From NCBI GenBank assembly GCA_037141915.1, contig JBAXBP010000001.1, positions 1,267 to 65,266 of the forward strand: DNA of 64,000 nt, given 5' to 3'. Under the pieces are notes generated by a model. The model was not told the origin of the DNA. It worked only from the letters and a program-made list of their open reading frames with translations, and did not search any database. Numbering within the stretch: position 1 is the stretch's first letter; every line of letters starts with the position of its first letter. Origin of the DNA: Bacteroidota bacterium (GTDB lineage Bacteria; Bacteroidota; Bacteroidia; Bacteroidales; FEN-979). A program made the position numbers and the translations under genes. Shown one piece after another: positions 63,793-64,000 of the stretch.

Positions 63793-63809
63793 ATCAATAA
63801 TGATGCCAA
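63793..63809 (-). promoter_or_regulatory. Candidate sigma-54 (-24/-12) promoter for the operon starting at 63756
   Basis: The minus strand reads TTGGCATCATTATTGAT, i.e. TGGCAT-N5-TTGA against the consensus TGGCAC-N5-TTGC. The GG-N10 spacing is correct and the -12 element reads GA instead of GC. The predicted start site is ~27 nt before the ATG, and a sigma-54 activator is encoded in the same locus. Confidence 0.45.
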
Positions 63810-63885
63810 AGAAAAGTTTAAGTATCTAACTAGAAGAAAACCAATCAGATAACAATAACGCTGTATAAAAAACAAGAAGGCCTTG

Positions 63886-63990
63886 TGTTGAAAAAATCAA
63901 CAGTTAATTTTACAAACAGAATTAATGCATTGAAAAATAGATAAATAGATGATGTGTTGAAAATATCAACACGTGTTGAAAAAGTCAACA
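63886..63990. promoter_or_regulatory. Three TGTTGA-N5-TCAACA palindromes: candidate enhancer (UAS) sites for the sigma-54 activator
   Basis: Site 1 at 63886..63902 is TGTTGAaaaaaTCAACA. Site 2 at 63954..63972 is GTGTTGAaaataTCAACAC. Site 3 at 63974..63990 is TGTTGAaaaagTCAACA. They lie ~80-185 bp upstream of the candidate -24/-12 promoter. Sites 2 and 3 are 19 bp apart centre to centre. Confidence 0.5.
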
Positions 63991-64000
63991 ATGAAAAACA

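Noticed and set aside
63991-64000. ATG AAA AAC A at the very end of the window (possible plus-strand gene start, MKN...)
   Set aside because: Only three codons are visible, so it cannot be evaluated. I mention it because it affects interpretation of the adjacent palindromes.
1-64000. Search by eye for CRISPR arrays, tRNA/rRNA genes, transposases, integrases and phage genes
   Set aside because: I noticed no regularly spaced 25-40-bp repeats, no tRNA-like GTTCGAATC T-arm motifs, no rRNA-like segments, and no DDE, tyrosine or serine recombinase motifs in any listed ORF. Absence is based on visual inspection only and should be confirmed with tRNAscan-SE, Infernal and CRISPR finders.

Overview
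This 64-kb chromosomal segment looks like a Bacteroidota genome. Four proteins carry T9SS C-terminal sorting domains, several genes have TAnnTTTG-type -7 boxes, and Shine-Dalgarno sequences are essentially absent. I call about 55 protein-coding genes, 2 gene remnants, several intrinsic terminators and several short repeat families. By eye I found no rRNA, tRNA, CRISPR array, transposase or integrase.

Gene blocks from left to right:
- AraC regulator (partial), a tautomerase and a lipoprotein.
- A LytTR response regulator with a LytS-type kinase, plus two T9SS cargo proteins.
- An orphan kinase 3' remnant, then a Fic/HTH pair ('mobile mystery protein' B/A type).
- A 9-gene arsenic operon: arsR, three thiol-redox genes, a rhodanese-like gene, arsM, acr3, a Cys-rich unknown and arsC.
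- A KASIII-like gene, a secreted START-like gene and a dienelactone hydrolase.
- An operon of a PEGA/outer-membrane-like protein with two class-B (B12-binding) radical SAM enzymes.
- A YD-like repeat T9SS protein.
- A dihaem cytochrome c, TspO, a KASIII, and a 1423-aa fused protein with two activase ATPase domains and dehydratase-like domains.
- Pirin, GH31, a PNGaseF-like/GH29 fusion and fcl.
- A cytochrome b, Rieske and octahaem-TPR cytochrome operon.
- A TolC/MFS/HlyD efflux operon with a divergent MarR.
- A large BNR/discoidin T9SS protein, pgi and an archaemetzincin.

The most interesting locus is at the right end (56069..63990). A candidate sigma-54 promoter sits downstream of three TGTTGA-N5-TCAACA palindromes and drives a four-gene operon. 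That operon encodes a Tat-exported NrfC/HybA-type 4x[4Fe-4S] protein and an NrfD-type membrane subunit, flanked by two membrane-tethered GcvH-fold proteins, one of them fused to a periplasmic PstS-like binding domain. A sensor kinase with c-haem motifs and a sigma-54 activator follow. No catalytic partner subunit is visible, so I flag this as the best candidate for an undescribed membrane redox or sensing system.

All functional calls come from reading the supplied translations and the DNA by eye. No database search was run.
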